Shown here in pieces: positions 22,133 through 32,196 of a stretch of DNA of 64,000 bases (the first letter of the stretch is position 1; every line of letters starts with the position of its first letter). The stretch comes from an uncultured Erysipelotrichaceae bacterium (GTDB taxonomy: Bacteria > Bacillota_I > Bacilli_A > RF39 > UBA660). Made by a program: the position numbers and the translations under genes. A model generated the notes under the pieces. It searched no databases. It was not told where the DNA came from and worked only from the letters and a program-made list of their open reading frames with translations. The stretch spans positions 1,453 to 65,452 of the forward strand of contig CACYFN010000002.1 of NCBI GenBank assembly GCA_902773675.1, in the 5' to 3' direction.

Positions 22133-23686
22133 TTATTTAGCTTCTTCTACAGCTCTTGTTTCTCTAATTACGGTAACTTTTATTGTTCCAGGATATTGTA
22201 ATTTTTCTTCAATTTTATTTTTTATATCATATGCTACTTTATGAGATGTTGCATCATCTATTTCTTCTGGTTTTACTAGTACACGTAATTCTCTACCTGC
22301 TTGCATTGCGAATGATTTTTCTACACCTTCTATTTCATTAGCTATATCTTCTAGATCTCTTAATCTTTGAACATAGTTTTCAAGTGAATCATTTCTAGCA
22401 CCTGGACGGGTTGCGGACAATGTATCTGCTATAGCTACTAAACTAGATATTACACTTGTTGCTTCACAATCTCCATGATGAGATTCTATAGCATTTATAA
22501 CCACTTCATTTTCATTATATTTTTTAGCGATATTTGAACCTATTTCAACATGGCTACCTTCTATTTCATGGTCTATTGATTTTCCAATATCATGTAATAA
22601 TCCGGCTCTTTTAGCTAGCATTACATTTTCTCCAAGTTCTGATGCCATTATTCCTGTTAGGTTGGCTACTTCTATTGAATGCATTAAACCATTTTGACCA
22701 TAACTTGTTCTAAATTTTAGTTTACCAATAAGTTCTACTAATTCTGGATCAACTTTTGTTATTCCTAACTCAAATAATGCTTCTTCTCCGTATTCTAGTA
22801 TTTTTGCTCGCATTTCTTTTGCTGTTTTATCATATACTTCTTCAATTCTAGCTGGATGAATTCTTCCATCTTTAATTAAAGTTTCTACTGTTAATCTGGC
22901 TATTTCTCTTCTTAGTGGATCAAATGATGATAAAACTATTGCTTCTGGGGTATCATCTATTATTAGATCAACACCTGTTACTGCTTCTATGGTACGAATA
23001 TTTCTTCCTTCTCTACCAATAATTCTACCTTTCATATCATCATTATCTAGATTAACTACTGTTATTGTTTGTTCTTCGACAACGTCACTCGCATATTTTT
23101 GCATACTTTCAATTAACATTGATTTTGCTTTTTTATCTACGACCAATTTAGCTTCTTCTTCTTTTTCTTTTATTAATGAAGCTATTTCTTTACTCATTGT
23201 CTCTTCTATTTTTTTAAGAACAATTTCTCTTGCTTTTTCTTTAGAATATCCTGAAATTTTTTCAAGCATTTCTAACTGACTATTTTTTATCTCCTCTATT
23301 TTTGCTTTTTCATTTTGAATATCATTTTGTTTATCGATTAAATTTTGTTCTTTTTCATCTATTAGCATTTCTCTATTTTGTAAGTTTTCGTTTCTTTTAT
23401 CTAAAGTTTCTTCACGGAAAATTAATCTTTTTTCCATTTCTTTGGCTTCAGATTTTTTTTCTTTTAATTCTTCTTCTACTTTTTCTTTTATTTCATTTGC
23501 TTCTTTTTTTGCTTCGCTAATAGTATCTTTTTTTATTTTTTCTGCTTCTGTTTTAGCTTTAGAAATAATATTTTCTGCGCTATCTGTTGCTTTATTTTTA
23601 CGAATATTGTTAATTATAAACATTACGATTATTCCGACTATAAGTCCAATAAAAATTAGCAAAATGGAGAATACTGTATCATTCAT
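22133..23686 (-). CDS. rny: ribonuclease Y
   Basis: N-terminal TM segment, a KH domain and an HD domain (LLHDIGK). Confidence 0.9.
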   Translation of the reverse strand: MNDTVFSILLIFIGLIVGIIVMFIINNIRKNKATDSAENIISKAKTEAEKIKKDTISEAKKEANEIKEKVEEELKEKKSEAKEMEKRLIFREETLDKRNENLQNREMLIDEKEQNLIDKQNDIQNEKAKIEEIKNSQLEMLEKISGYSKEKAREIVLKKIEETMSKEIASLIKEKEEEAKLVVDKKAKSMLIESMQKYASDVVEEQTITVVNLDNDDMKGRIIGREGRNIRTIEAVTGVDLIIDDTPEAIVLSSFDPLRREIARLTVETLIKDGRIHPARIEEVYDKTAKEMRAKILEYGEEALFELGITKVDPELVELIGKLKFRTSYGQNGLMHSIEVANLTGIMASELGENVMLAKRAGLLHDIGKSIDHEIEGSHVEIGSNIAKKYNENEVVINAIESHHGDCEATSVISSLVAIADTLSATRPGARNDSLENYVQRLRDLEDIANEIEGVEKSFAMQAGRELRVLVKPEEIDDATSHKVAYDIKNKIEEKLQYPGTIKVTVIRETRAVEEAK

Positions 23687-23809
23687 TTTATTCCTCCATT
23701 TCCAAGAGTGAATTTCTCCACTCTATTATTATTTTAATGGTTAAATGATAATATGTCAAGTATTATAAAAAATGATTAATAATTTATGTGTAAATAAAAA
23801 ATCCAATTA

Positions 23810-24277
23810 TTATTTTATAACTGGATTTTCCTTATTTATTTTTGTACAATTAAATGTCATATTATCTTTATTAGTCATTACTATTTTTTTCTCTTCACTA
23901 TTAATAGCTAAATCATATGATTTATTATATTCTTTATTTTTATCTTTATTATTTTCAATAAATTTTTCACTATTTAAAGTTAATTTATAATATAAAACAT
24001 ATTTATTACTATCTTTTTTATCTAATTTTTCTAATTTATAATTACCTATTATATAATTATTATCATCTTTACTCCATGTAAATTTATTATCTTTATTTAT
24101 TTCTAATTTTATGACAAATTTATCATTATTATAATAACTACAATTCCATGTACCTATAAATTCTTTATTTATTCTATCTTTAAAAAATATAAAATATATT
24201 AATAATATAGCTATAATAATAATTACTATAATTGATGATATTAATAAAAATTTTTTAGTTAAATTATTTTTTTTCAT
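23810..24277 (-). CDS. hypothetical membrane-anchored protein
   Basis: Starts at MKKNNLTKKFLLISSIIVIII and sits immediately after the stop of the TPM-domain gene. Confidence 0.4.
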   Translation of the reverse strand: MKKNNLTKKFLLISSIIVIIIIAILLIYFIFFKDRINKEFIGTWNCSYYNNDKFVIKLEINKDNKFTWSKDDNNYIIGNYKLEKLDKKDSNKYVLYYKLTLNSEKFIENNKDKNKEYNKSYDLAINSEEKKIVMTNKDNMTFNCTKINKENPVIK

Positions 24278-24278
24278 A

Positions 24279-25013
24279 TTACCTACTTCTACCGCCACCA
24301 CCATGGCTAATTCCACTACTTCCGGTATGAGTTGATGATCCTCCACTACCTGATGATGTATTAATTCTAACTGAAGTTGTATGGGTAGTTACAAATTGAT
24401 CATTTCTTTCAGTAATTTTTGCAGAATCTTTATCCATATAAGTATTTGCTTCAGTAGCTATTTTAACCATTTTATTTTTAGCTACTAAAATACCTAATAC
24501 AATTGAAGCTACTAAAGCTGATACTGCGAATGCTATAAAAAATGGAAAATGTCTTTCTGCATATTTACTTGCATCTTTGATAAATAAATTAAATAATTCA
24601 TAATAATCGTATTCTGTATAAACATCATCTAAAATACTATCTATTTTAGTATCAGTATATACTTTTATAGCTTTTCCTGTTGTTTCCATTTGAATATTTT
24701 CTTTTTCAAAATTATTATCTATTACAAGAATAACTCCATCATGAGAACTACCTATTCCAAAGCCATTATAGTCATAAAAATCATCGGCATATGCTTGGGT
24801 ACTAGTTTTATCATGTTCATTAACTGTCACTAATACCATATCCATATTATATTTTTTTATATATTCATCTACTTTTTCTTTTAACATTTTTTCTTCACTA
24901 TCTGTTAAAAGGTCTGCATAATCATATATTTTTTGGGATGTATCAAATGCATTTACATTAGTAATTAATAATATATTCATTAATAAGATTAAGATAAATA
25001 ATATTTTTTTCAT
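24279..25013 (-). CDS. TPM-domain protein (TLP18.3/Psb32/MOLO-1 family) with a G/S-rich tail
   Basis: FDTSQKIYDYADLL...DGVILVI is a TPM signature. The start at 25011-25013 has the SD AGGGGTGAT. It overlaps the stop of the upstream gene as ATGA. Confidence 0.6.
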   Translation of the reverse strand: MKKILFILILLMNILLITNVNAFDTSQKIYDYADLLTDSEEKMLKEKVDEYIKKYNMDMVLVTVNEHDKTSTQAYADDFYDYNGFGIGSSHDGVILVIDNNFEKENIQMETTGKAIKVYTDTKIDSILDDVYTEYDYYELFNLFIKDASKYAERHFPFFIAFAVSALVASIVLGILVAKNKMVKIATEANTYMDKDSAKITERNDQFVTTHTTSVRINTSSGSGGSSTHTGSSGISHGGGGRSR

Positions 25014-26083
25014 CCAATCACCCCTACAAAATAAAGAATTACAAATAAAGCCATTACTGAAGCAAAGACTGCTACCCACCATATTATTGCTTTTATTGGA
25101 TCTACTGGAATATTACCTATCATTTTACCAGTTTGACCATTCATAGCAAATGTTCTTAATTTACCTTTATAATTTACATTTAATAACCATACAGGTAATA
25201 ATGCATAATCATCATTTATTTTTTCACATTTGATATCTTTTTTTACCACATTTACAACATTAAATCCTTTTATATCAGCTTTTAAAGTTTTTACTGTAGA
25301 TTCTTCTGAACGATTTTGTGCTACTTTAACAGCTTCTTCATTTGGTAAATCATATTTTTCAGCTAAAAATCCTGATAAGTATGAATGTGTAAATTTTTTT
25401 AAATCATTATAATCAAATGGTTCTATAGAATTCATAATATCATCTGCAAAATGCTTAGATCCATCTACTGGAATACGTTTATATTCCATATTACCAGCTC
25501 TAGTTGATAAATAAACATCAGTTTTGGTATGACTATAATTTCCTGTTACCCAAGTTGTAATTCTTTTACTATCTGCTTGAATTGATCCAGATGTATTTAT
25601 ATCATATAGCCAAAATGGGATATATATTCCTTTTGTTTCTTCAATATTTTTTGGATCATTAAAAATCTTAGGCATTAATGGTTTACCTTTACCAATTGTT
25701 CTAAACTTTTCTATAGCATCTTCTTTAGTAAATTTAAATGGAATTACATAATCTGGATTAAATTCATCTACTAATTTATTTTTTAAAATAGCTGTATTTT
25801 TACAATAAACACAGAATGTAGCTGAAGTGTTTTCATCAGCTACTATTTGGGCTCCACAATTGTTACAGATATAAATATCCATACCATTTGCATCTTTATC
25901 CATTTTTGTTGTATGTTCTTCACTTAATTCTTTTTTTCCTACTTTTTTATCATGTTTTTGTAAATCTTCTAAGGTATATTCACTTTTACAAAATTCACAT
26001 TTCCAATTTTGTCCATGAGGGTCAAATTTTAGTATTGCATCACACGATGGACATTTATAATCTAATGTTCCACTCTTGCTCAT
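25010..26083 (-). CDS. double zinc-ribbon protein with a C-terminal TM helix
   Basis: CPSC...CEFC and CNNC...CVYC. The start is at MSKSGTLDY, which has the SD AAGGAAGGTG. Confidence 0.5.
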   Translation of the reverse strand: MSKSGTLDYKCPSCDAILKFDPHGQNWKCEFCKSEYTLEDLQKHDKKVGKKELSEEHTTKMDKDANGMDIYICNNCGAQIVADENTSATFCVYCKNTAILKNKLVDEFNPDYVIPFKFTKEDAIEKFRTIGKGKPLMPKIFNDPKNIEETKGIYIPFWLYDINTSGSIQADSKRITTWVTGNYSHTKTDVYLSTRAGNMEYKRIPVDGSKHFADDIMNSIEPFDYNDLKKFTHSYLSGFLAEKYDLPNEEAVKVAQNRSEESTVKTLKADIKGFNVVNVVKKDIKCEKINDDYALLPVWLLNVNYKGKLRTFAMNGQTGKMIGNIPVDPIKAIIWWVAVFASVMALFVILYFVGVIG

Positions 26084-26159
26084 TTTAACACCTTCCTTAT
26101 AGAATGAGTATACCATATTTATAGTTAAAATACAATCAAAAAGGACATAATTTCATGTC

Positions 26160-27908
26160 CTATTTTTTATCTTTTATTAAGTTTTTTATGAATTCTACAA
26201 ATTCATTACTATCTAAAGTTTCAGTTTTTTCACTACCATATTTTCGATATGAAATAGTACTATTATCTCTTTCTTTATCTCCTAATATTAAAGTAAATGG
26301 TATTTTACGTGTTACTGATTCACGTATTTTATAATTCATTTTTTCATCTCTATCATCTAGTTCTACTCTTATATCATTTTCAAGTAATAAGTCTTTTATT
26401 TTTTTAGAATAATCTAGATGATATTCTTTGTTTACTGGAATGATATTTACTTGAACTGGTGATAAGAATGTTGGAAGTACTCCTTTTGTTTCTTCTAGAT
26501 AATATGCAATAAATCTATCTATTGAACCAAATACTGCTCTATGAAGTACTACTGGTGTTTTTTTAGATCCATCTTTGTCTACATAAGTTAAATTAAATTT
26601 CATTGGTAAGCAGAAATCTATTTGACAAGTTGAAATTGTTATTTCATTACCTACAGCTGGTTTAACTTGTACATCTAGTTTTGGGCCATAGAAAGCAGCT
26701 TCTCCTGTTTTTTCTACATAGTCTATGCCAATATTATCCATTACTTTACGAAGCATATCTTCAGCTTTATTCCACATTTCATCATCTTGATAATATTTTA
26801 CTTTATCTTCTGGATCTCTTAATGATAATTCAAAACGGTAATTAGTTATATTTAATTCTTTGTAGCATTCTAATATTAAGTCAACTACTGTTTTAAATTC
26901 ACTTTCTACTTGTTCTAATGTACAAAATAAATGGGCATCATTTTGACAGAATGTTCTTACTCTTTCTACTCCTTTTAATGATCCACTTGCCTCATATCTA
27001 CAATCTCTAGCTATTTCTCCTATTCTAATAGGTAAATCTTTATATGAATGAATTCCATTAGAATAAATAACCATATGATGTGGACAATTCATTGGACGAA
27101 GTACAAATTCTTCTCCATCTACTTCCATTATTGGGAACATTGAATCTCTATAATGATCTAAGTGTCCACTTGTTTTATATAATTCTACATTACCAAGTGG
27201 TGGAGTCATTACATGTTTATATCCTAATTTCTTTTCTTTTGTTTTTATGTATTTTTCTAACTCTTCCCATAAAATATATCCATTTGGTAAATACATTGGA
27301 AGTCCTTTACCTACTAAATCAGATAGCATAAATAAGTTTTGTTCTTTACCAATTTTTCTGTGATCTCTTAGTTTTGCTTCTTCTAATTCTTTTAAGTAGT
27401 CATTTAAATCTTCTTCTGTTTCAAAGCATACTCCATATATTCTTTGAAGCATTTTATTTTTAGAATCCCCTTTAAAATATGCTCCTGATACTCTTATTAA
27501 TTTAAAATATTTCATTGATTTAGTTGTTGGCATATGAGGTCCACGACATAGATCAACAAAGTCATCTTGTTTATATGCAGTAATTACTTCATCATCACTT
27601 AAATTATTTATGATATCTAATTTATAAGGATTATCCTTAAACATATCTAAAGCTTCTTTTTTAGAAAGTTCCAATCTAGTTATCCTTTTATCACTTTTAG
27701 ATATTTTTTTCATTTCCTTTTCTATTTTTTGTAAATCATCTATAGTAATAGATTCATCTAGGTCTATATCATAATAAAATCCCTCTTCTATAGCTGGTCC
27801 TACCCAAAATAAAGCTTTAGGAAATAAATGTTTTATAGCATGAGCTAGAAGGTGTGCACAACTATGGTTTAACATATTTAATTTTTCATTTTCTTTTATA
27901 TTTATCAT
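26160..27908 (-). CDS. thrS: threonyl-tRNA synthetase lacking the N-terminal TGS domain
   Basis: HSCAHLLAHA (HxxxH of the editing domain), a class II catalytic core and an anticodon-binding domain. Total length is 582 aa. Confidence 0.85.
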   Translation of the reverse strand: MINIKENEKLNMLNHSCAHLLAHAIKHLFPKALFWVGPAIEEGFYYDIDLDESITIDDLQKIEKEMKKISKSDKRITRLELSKKEALDMFKDNPYKLDIINNLSDDEVITAYKQDDFVDLCRGPHMPTTKSMKYFKLIRVSGAYFKGDSKNKMLQRIYGVCFETEEDLNDYLKELEEAKLRDHRKIGKEQNLFMLSDLVGKGLPMYLPNGYILWEELEKYIKTKEKKLGYKHVMTPPLGNVELYKTSGHLDHYRDSMFPIMEVDGEEFVLRPMNCPHHMVIYSNGIHSYKDLPIRIGEIARDCRYEASGSLKGVERVRTFCQNDAHLFCTLEQVESEFKTVVDLILECYKELNITNYRFELSLRDPEDKVKYYQDDEMWNKAEDMLRKVMDNIGIDYVEKTGEAAFYGPKLDVQVKPAVGNEITISTCQIDFCLPMKFNLTYVDKDGSKKTPVVLHRAVFGSIDRFIAYYLEETKGVLPTFLSPVQVNIIPVNKEYHLDYSKKIKDLLLENDIRVELDDRDEKMNYKIRESVTRKIPFTLILGDKERDNSTISYRKYGSEKTETLDSNEFVEFIKNLIKDKK

Positions 27909-28828
27909 TATTCTTCCTCCATTTTTCTAATTTTTACTTTTTCTTTTTCTTTTCGATATTTTCTATTTTCTCTTTTTTTCTCTATACGTCTTTTGTGTAA
28001 TTCTAATTTTACTTTAAAATACATTTTACCATTTTTTTCTTGACGATATTTTCTTTCTAATTGTTCTAATTCATAATCCATTAAAAAATCTAAATCAGTA
28101 TTTGTAAGTTCATAGTTAATACTATCTTCTTTATCTTGTCTTGGACAATATGATTTAAGCAAGAAATTTCTAATATCTATAAGATTATATTTCTCACTAG
28201 TATTTCCATTAAATGTTATATATACTCTTCCTTGATTTGTTATATTAATAGCTATTATATCTTTTTCTTGGGTTAAAAGATTTGCTTTTTCTTTATTCTG
28301 ATTAATACTTGTAAGATTTAAATATTGAATCATTAATCTTTCAAATGTATATATATCATCTAAATTTTTTATTAATATACCACCATCTTGATTAAGTTTT
28401 ACAAATTCTTCATCAATAATATCTATCTCTCTACTAGTACTACCTATAATATCATTAGAGATACTATCATTATTTTCTAGTATTATTAAACCATTCTTAT
28501 AATTATGCATAATTTTATCAATAGCTGATACTAGTTGCACTATTAAATTTTCTCTTTCATCTAATCCATTATTTTCAAGTTCATATCCAGTTATATATGG
28601 AATACACTTATTATTAGAGTCTCTTACTAAGACCACTTTACCAGTATACACTAATTCTGGATTTTTAACAATATCTTCAAATGATCCTCTCTGAATATCT
28701 GGAAATAAACTTTTAACGTTTTCATGAACTAATTTTTTATTTCTAAAGTCAGTCCTTCCATAATATTTTTCTAATAAATCATTAATAGATAATGCATTCT
28801 TATAATAATAATCTAAATTTTTAATCAT
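27908..28828 (-). CDS. hypothetical protein with a K/R-rich C-terminus, co-transcribed with thrS
   Basis: 306-aa ORF with the SD AGGAGG. Its stop overlaps the thrS start as TAATG. Confidence 0.45.
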   Translation of the reverse strand: MIKNLDYYYKNALSINDLLEKYYGRTDFRNKKLVHENVKSLFPDIQRGSFEDIVKNPELVYTGKVVLVRDSNNKCIPYITGYELENNGLDERENLIVQLVSAIDKIMHNYKNGLIILENNDSISNDIIGSTSREIDIIDEEFVKLNQDGGILIKNLDDIYTFERLMIQYLNLTSINQNKEKANLLTQEKDIIAINITNQGRVYITFNGNTSEKYNLIDIRNFLLKSYCPRQDKEDSINYELTNTDLDFLMDYELEQLERKYRQEKNGKMYFKVKLELHKRRIEKKRENRKYRKEKEKVKIRKMEEE

Positions 28829-28838
28829 ATTTCCTCCT

Positions 28839-29100
28839 AAAAAAACAAAAAGAAGATAATACCATAAGGAGTCTATATAGACGGTACCATCCTCTTTTTT
28901 TACTTAATTATGATAATGGCTATTAACCAGGTTATAAAACCGACTTATAAGGAGTAACTATTAAATCTATTTATTATCTTCCACCTAATGATAACTCTCT
29001 ATAAAACACAATTTAATAATATTGTCTTATAATATGTCTTTCTTGATGAATATTTTACTACTTTTTTTTTATTTTGTGAAGTATTTTTATGTAATTTAAA
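28839..29100 (-). promoter_or_regulatory. probable T-box leader upstream of the unknown ORF and thrS
   Basis: Minus-strand AGAGAG is followed by AAGAGGAUGGUACCGUC, which is T-box-core-like. A 14-bp terminator helix AAGAGGAUGGUACC/GGUAUUAUCUUCUU is followed by UUUUGUUUUUUU and then the SD. Confidence 0.35.
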
Positions 29101-29273
29101 GAAAAATCTAGTAAAAACTAGATTAATCATTTTAATTTAATAAAACTATATTTATTATAAAATAAGTTAGATAAGTTAAATTATATTAAACCAGCTTTCA
29201 ATATATTATTGATTGTTATTACACTATTTTGTTTATTTTTGTATCTTATTTTTTTAAATTTACTTAAAAAGTT

Positions 29274-30371
29274 CTAACAACCACTTCCATAATATATACC
29301 ATTTCCATACGAGAAGCACTGAGTATTTTCACTGCTATAAATATATATATCACCATTTTGATTTAAACTAACATTAATTTCTGATTCGTCAGTACAATCA
29401 ATACTATATTCTTCGTCTCCAGTACACTGATTATCCCAATCAAAAAAATGTTTTACAATATCAATATTTTTAGAAATCAATAAATTATCAGAATCTCCTT
29501 CTAAACAAAAATATCTATTGTTCATAGCACCACACAAAAAAACTCTTGTAACTATATTATTATCTGTTATAACTCCAGCAAAAGCATCACCCAAAGAAGA
29601 ATAATCATTTGTATAATCATTAGATTCGTCTAATTCTTCATTTAATAATTGAAAACCAGTAAAAAAAATACAATTTGGACACATACTTTCCATTGAATAT
29701 GGATCTACTGGTTTTACTTCTGCTATTTCTACATTAGTATTCCATGCTGTTGCATACTTATTATATTGTACTGTTTCTATTGTTAGTGTTAATGTATATG
29801 TAGCATTATCATAATCATCGCCACTAGAGTTACATGTTGTAGTTGTTACTCCATTGTTAGTTGTTGTTGTACATGTATCATCTAATTTAGTTTTTGGATT
29901 AAATGTTACTGATTCTAATAATGAACTAGTTGATTCTGTTGGTGCTAATTTATAATTATAATAGTAATAATTACCTACTTTAGTCCAATCTGATGTATTA
30001 GCTAAATTAAGTATTGCTACCCTTTCATCTGTTTCTAACTCACTTTGTGTAGTATGAGTTGATTTAGTACCATCTGCATGAATCCATCCATTTAATGTAC
30101 CATTATTATTTGTAGTCCAAGATTCAGTAACTAGTACTCTTACAGCTTGGTCTACTTCCCCTGTATTAGTGGCTACTAATGTTTTTTCTGTTGTATCTCC
30201 TGGTAGCCAATTATCAGGTGATACAAAGGTTTCTTCGTATGTAGTACCATATTCTTTAGTTGTAAATGTATTATCTAAACTGGTTGAGTTTGCAAAATAA
30301 GCTATTGTTAGACCTACTATACCTATTATAGCTATTAATAAAAGTGCAATTATACTTTTCTTATTATTCAT
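29274..30371 (-). CDS. TasA/CalY (camelysin, peptidase M73)-like secreted protein with a Cys-rich C-terminal domain
   Basis: The signal peptide ends ...GLTIAYFANSTSLDNTFTT, which resembles the SipW-cognate signal of TasA (GGTWAAFND...ATFASGTLDL). The C-terminal 150 aa carry about 12 Cys. Confidence 0.5.
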   Translation of the reverse strand: MNNKKSIIALLLIAIIGIVGLTIAYFANSTSLDNTFTTKEYGTTYEETFVSPDNWLPGDTTEKTLVATNTGEVDQAVRVLVTESWTTNNNGTLNGWIHADGTKSTHTTQSELETDERVAILNLANTSDWTKVGNYYYYNYKLAPTESTSSLLESVTFNPKTKLDDTCTTTTNNGVTTTTCNSSGDDYDNATYTLTLTIETVQYNKYATAWNTNVEIAEVKPVDPYSMESMCPNCIFFTGFQLLNEELDESNDYTNDYSSLGDAFAGVITDNNIVTRVFLCGAMNNRYFCLEGDSDNLLISKNIDIVKHFFDWDNQCTGDEEYSIDCTDESEINVSLNQNGDIYIYSSENTQCFSYGNGIYYGSGC

Positions 30372-30654
30372 TATATTCCTTCTTTCTATTATATAAATTA
30401 TATCATATTTAATACAAAAATTATGTCATGTATCACCTTATTCTTTTACCCTTATAACATAATTTTAAGGCAAAAAAAAAATTGTCAACTATTTGAAAGA
30501 TAGTTTTTTTAAATTTATTTAAAATGTACGTTTTTTAATTTTGGTTGTTAATTTTTTTAATTATGGTTTAAAAGAGGTATTTAATTTTATAAAAATTGTA
30601 TGATTTTCAAAAAAAATGGTAATTAAATTTTTACCATTTTTAAAATTATAGCAT

Positions 30655-30683
30655 TTGACATTATTTTTTAGTAATAATATAAT
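30655..30683 (+). promoter_or_regulatory. consensus sigma-A promoter
   Basis: TTGACA, a 17-nt spacer, then TATAAT. Confidence 0.6.
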
Positions 30684-30755
30684 GCTTTTTGAAACATTTT
30701 AATGTGAGTGTCTTACCTTTTTATTATATTAAATTATATAGAAAGGACTGATATT

Positions 30756-30857
30756 ATGAGTAAAAGATATTTTATAATAAAATTACTACATTCTATCATT
30801 ATCATTTTATTGCTACTTATTCTACTTATTATAGTAATAAAAAAAGACACTCTGTAA
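30756..30857 (+). CDS. 33-aa hydrophobic peptide, type I toxin-like
   Basis: MSKRYFIIKLLHSIIIILLLLILLIIVIKKDTL with the SD AAAGGA. It is a paralog of the 21149-21241 peptide. Confidence 0.45.
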   Translation: MSKRYFIIKLLHSIIIILLLLILLIIVIKKDTL

Positions 30858-30945
30858 TTTGAGTGTCACCACCTAAATTATAAAGGTAAGACATTCTATT
30901 ACGCATTAGAATGTTTCCTTTTTTGTGCAAGAATGAACTTGCTAA
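30838..30945 (-). ncRNA. candidate cis-antisense RNA overlapping the 3' end of the small-peptide mRNA
   Basis: Minus-strand consensus promoter TTGACA-17-TATTAT (plus coordinates 30974-30946). A minus-strand terminator gacactcaaattacagagtgtc plus U-run lies at 30867-30838. Confidence 0.4.
30891..30926 (+). terminator. rho-independent terminator of the small-peptide mRNA
   Basis: Stem acattcta/tagaatgt followed by ttccttttttg. Confidence 0.55.
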
Positions 30946-30984
30946 AATAATAATATCACTACTATTTGTATATGTCAATAGTTT

Positions 30985-32190
30985 TTATCTTTTAAATTTT
31001 CCTTTTGCACCTTTTACGCCATTATAATTTGATAATATATTGGTATCAAAGGAATATGTTTTCTTTTGTTTATTTTTATATTCTTTGATAGCTATATTAA
31101 TCATATCATCTAGTAATTGTTCATAACTTTTACCAATTGGTTCCCATAGATAGAAAGCTAAACTTCCTGGAATTGTGTTTGGTTCGTTTACATATACTTT
31201 GTTTTTCTTTTTATCTATTAGATAATCTATTCTACAAAGTCCACTTAGATTTAGTGCTTTAAATACTTGTTTACTTAAGTCTTTTATTTCGTTTTCAGTT
31301 TTTTCACTAATTCTAGCTGGTATTACTCTGCTTGCACTTGCCATACCTTTAGATCCTAATGATTTAATTCCGCCTTTTGTTTTACCTTTTGAGTTACCAA
31401 TATATTTATCTTGGTATGTAAGAAGATTATGTTCACTTGTTACTTCTTCTAAGGCACTTGTTTCTTGATGCATGTAATTACCTAGAACACTACAGTTCAC
31501 TTCTGTTAGATCTTCTACTGCTTTTTCTACAACTATTTTTTTATCATATTTTATTGCTTCTTCAATAGCATTTGTAATGTTTAGTTCATCTTTTACAAAT
31601 GTTATTCCTACACTACTTCCAAGGGTAGCTGGTTTTACTACTACTGGATATCCTAATTTTTTTATTTTATTTAATATTGTATCTCTACTTTCATTATATT
31701 CTATATCATAAAACCAAGTATATTCTACTACAGGTATATTCATGCTTTCAAATACTTGTTTCATTACTACTTTATCTTGACCTAGTGCACTACCAAGTAC
31801 TTTACTTCCTACATATGGTATACCTATTGAATCTAAATATCCTTGTAATGATCCATCTTCGACATTGTTTCCATGTACTATTGGAAGAACTATATCAATA
31901 TCTGTTATATCGCTTCTAAATAGTCCAGTTACTTTTTGAAGATAAAATTTGTCTTTCTTTTTTACAAGTGTTACTTTTTTGGCATATTTTTTTAAATCAT
32001 CAAAATTTCTGAATACATCTATATCCATTAATAATTTTCCAGCATACCATGTTCTATCTTTACTAATATAGATAGGCATTATATCATATTTTTCTTGATT
32101 TATGTGTTCCATTGCTTGGAGAGCACTTATGATACTTACTTCGTGTTCGACACTCTCTCCTCCAAATATTACTCCTAATTTTATTTTCAT
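30985..32190 (-). CDS. ddl: D-alanine--D-alanine ligase with an extended loop and C-terminal tail
   Basis: MKIKLGVIFGGESVEHEVSIISA and an ATP-grasp fold. Confidence 0.85.
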   Translation of the reverse strand: MKIKLGVIFGGESVEHEVSIISALQAMEHINQEKYDIMPIYISKDRTWYAGKLLMDIDVFRNFDDLKKYAKKVTLVKKKDKFYLQKVTGLFRSDITDIDIVLPIVHGNNVEDGSLQGYLDSIGIPYVGSKVLGSALGQDKVVMKQVFESMNIPVVEYTWFYDIEYNESRDTILNKIKKLGYPVVVKPATLGSSVGITFVKDELNITNAIEEAIKYDKKIVVEKAVEDLTEVNCSVLGNYMHQETSALEEVTSEHNLLTYQDKYIGNSKGKTKGGIKSLGSKGMASASRVIPARISEKTENEIKDLSKQVFKALNLSGLCRIDYLIDKKKNKVYVNEPNTIPGSLAFYLWEPIGKSYEQLLDDMINIAIKEYKNKQKKTYSFDTNILSNYNGVKGAKGKFKR

Positions 32191-32196
32191 TATATC

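Noticed and set aside
23700-23760. A plus-strand hairpin plus T-run (agagtg...cactct ttttt) upstream of rny.
   Set aside because: No plus-strand gene ends here. It is more likely a structured 5'UTR element of the minus-strand rny mRNA than a terminator, and it was not pursued.
28875-28895. Adjacent perfect palindromes GTCTATATAGAC and GGTACC in the 28.8-29.3 kb intergenic region.
   Set aside because: They are better explained as parts of the T-box core and terminator loop than as a protein operator or restriction-site feature.
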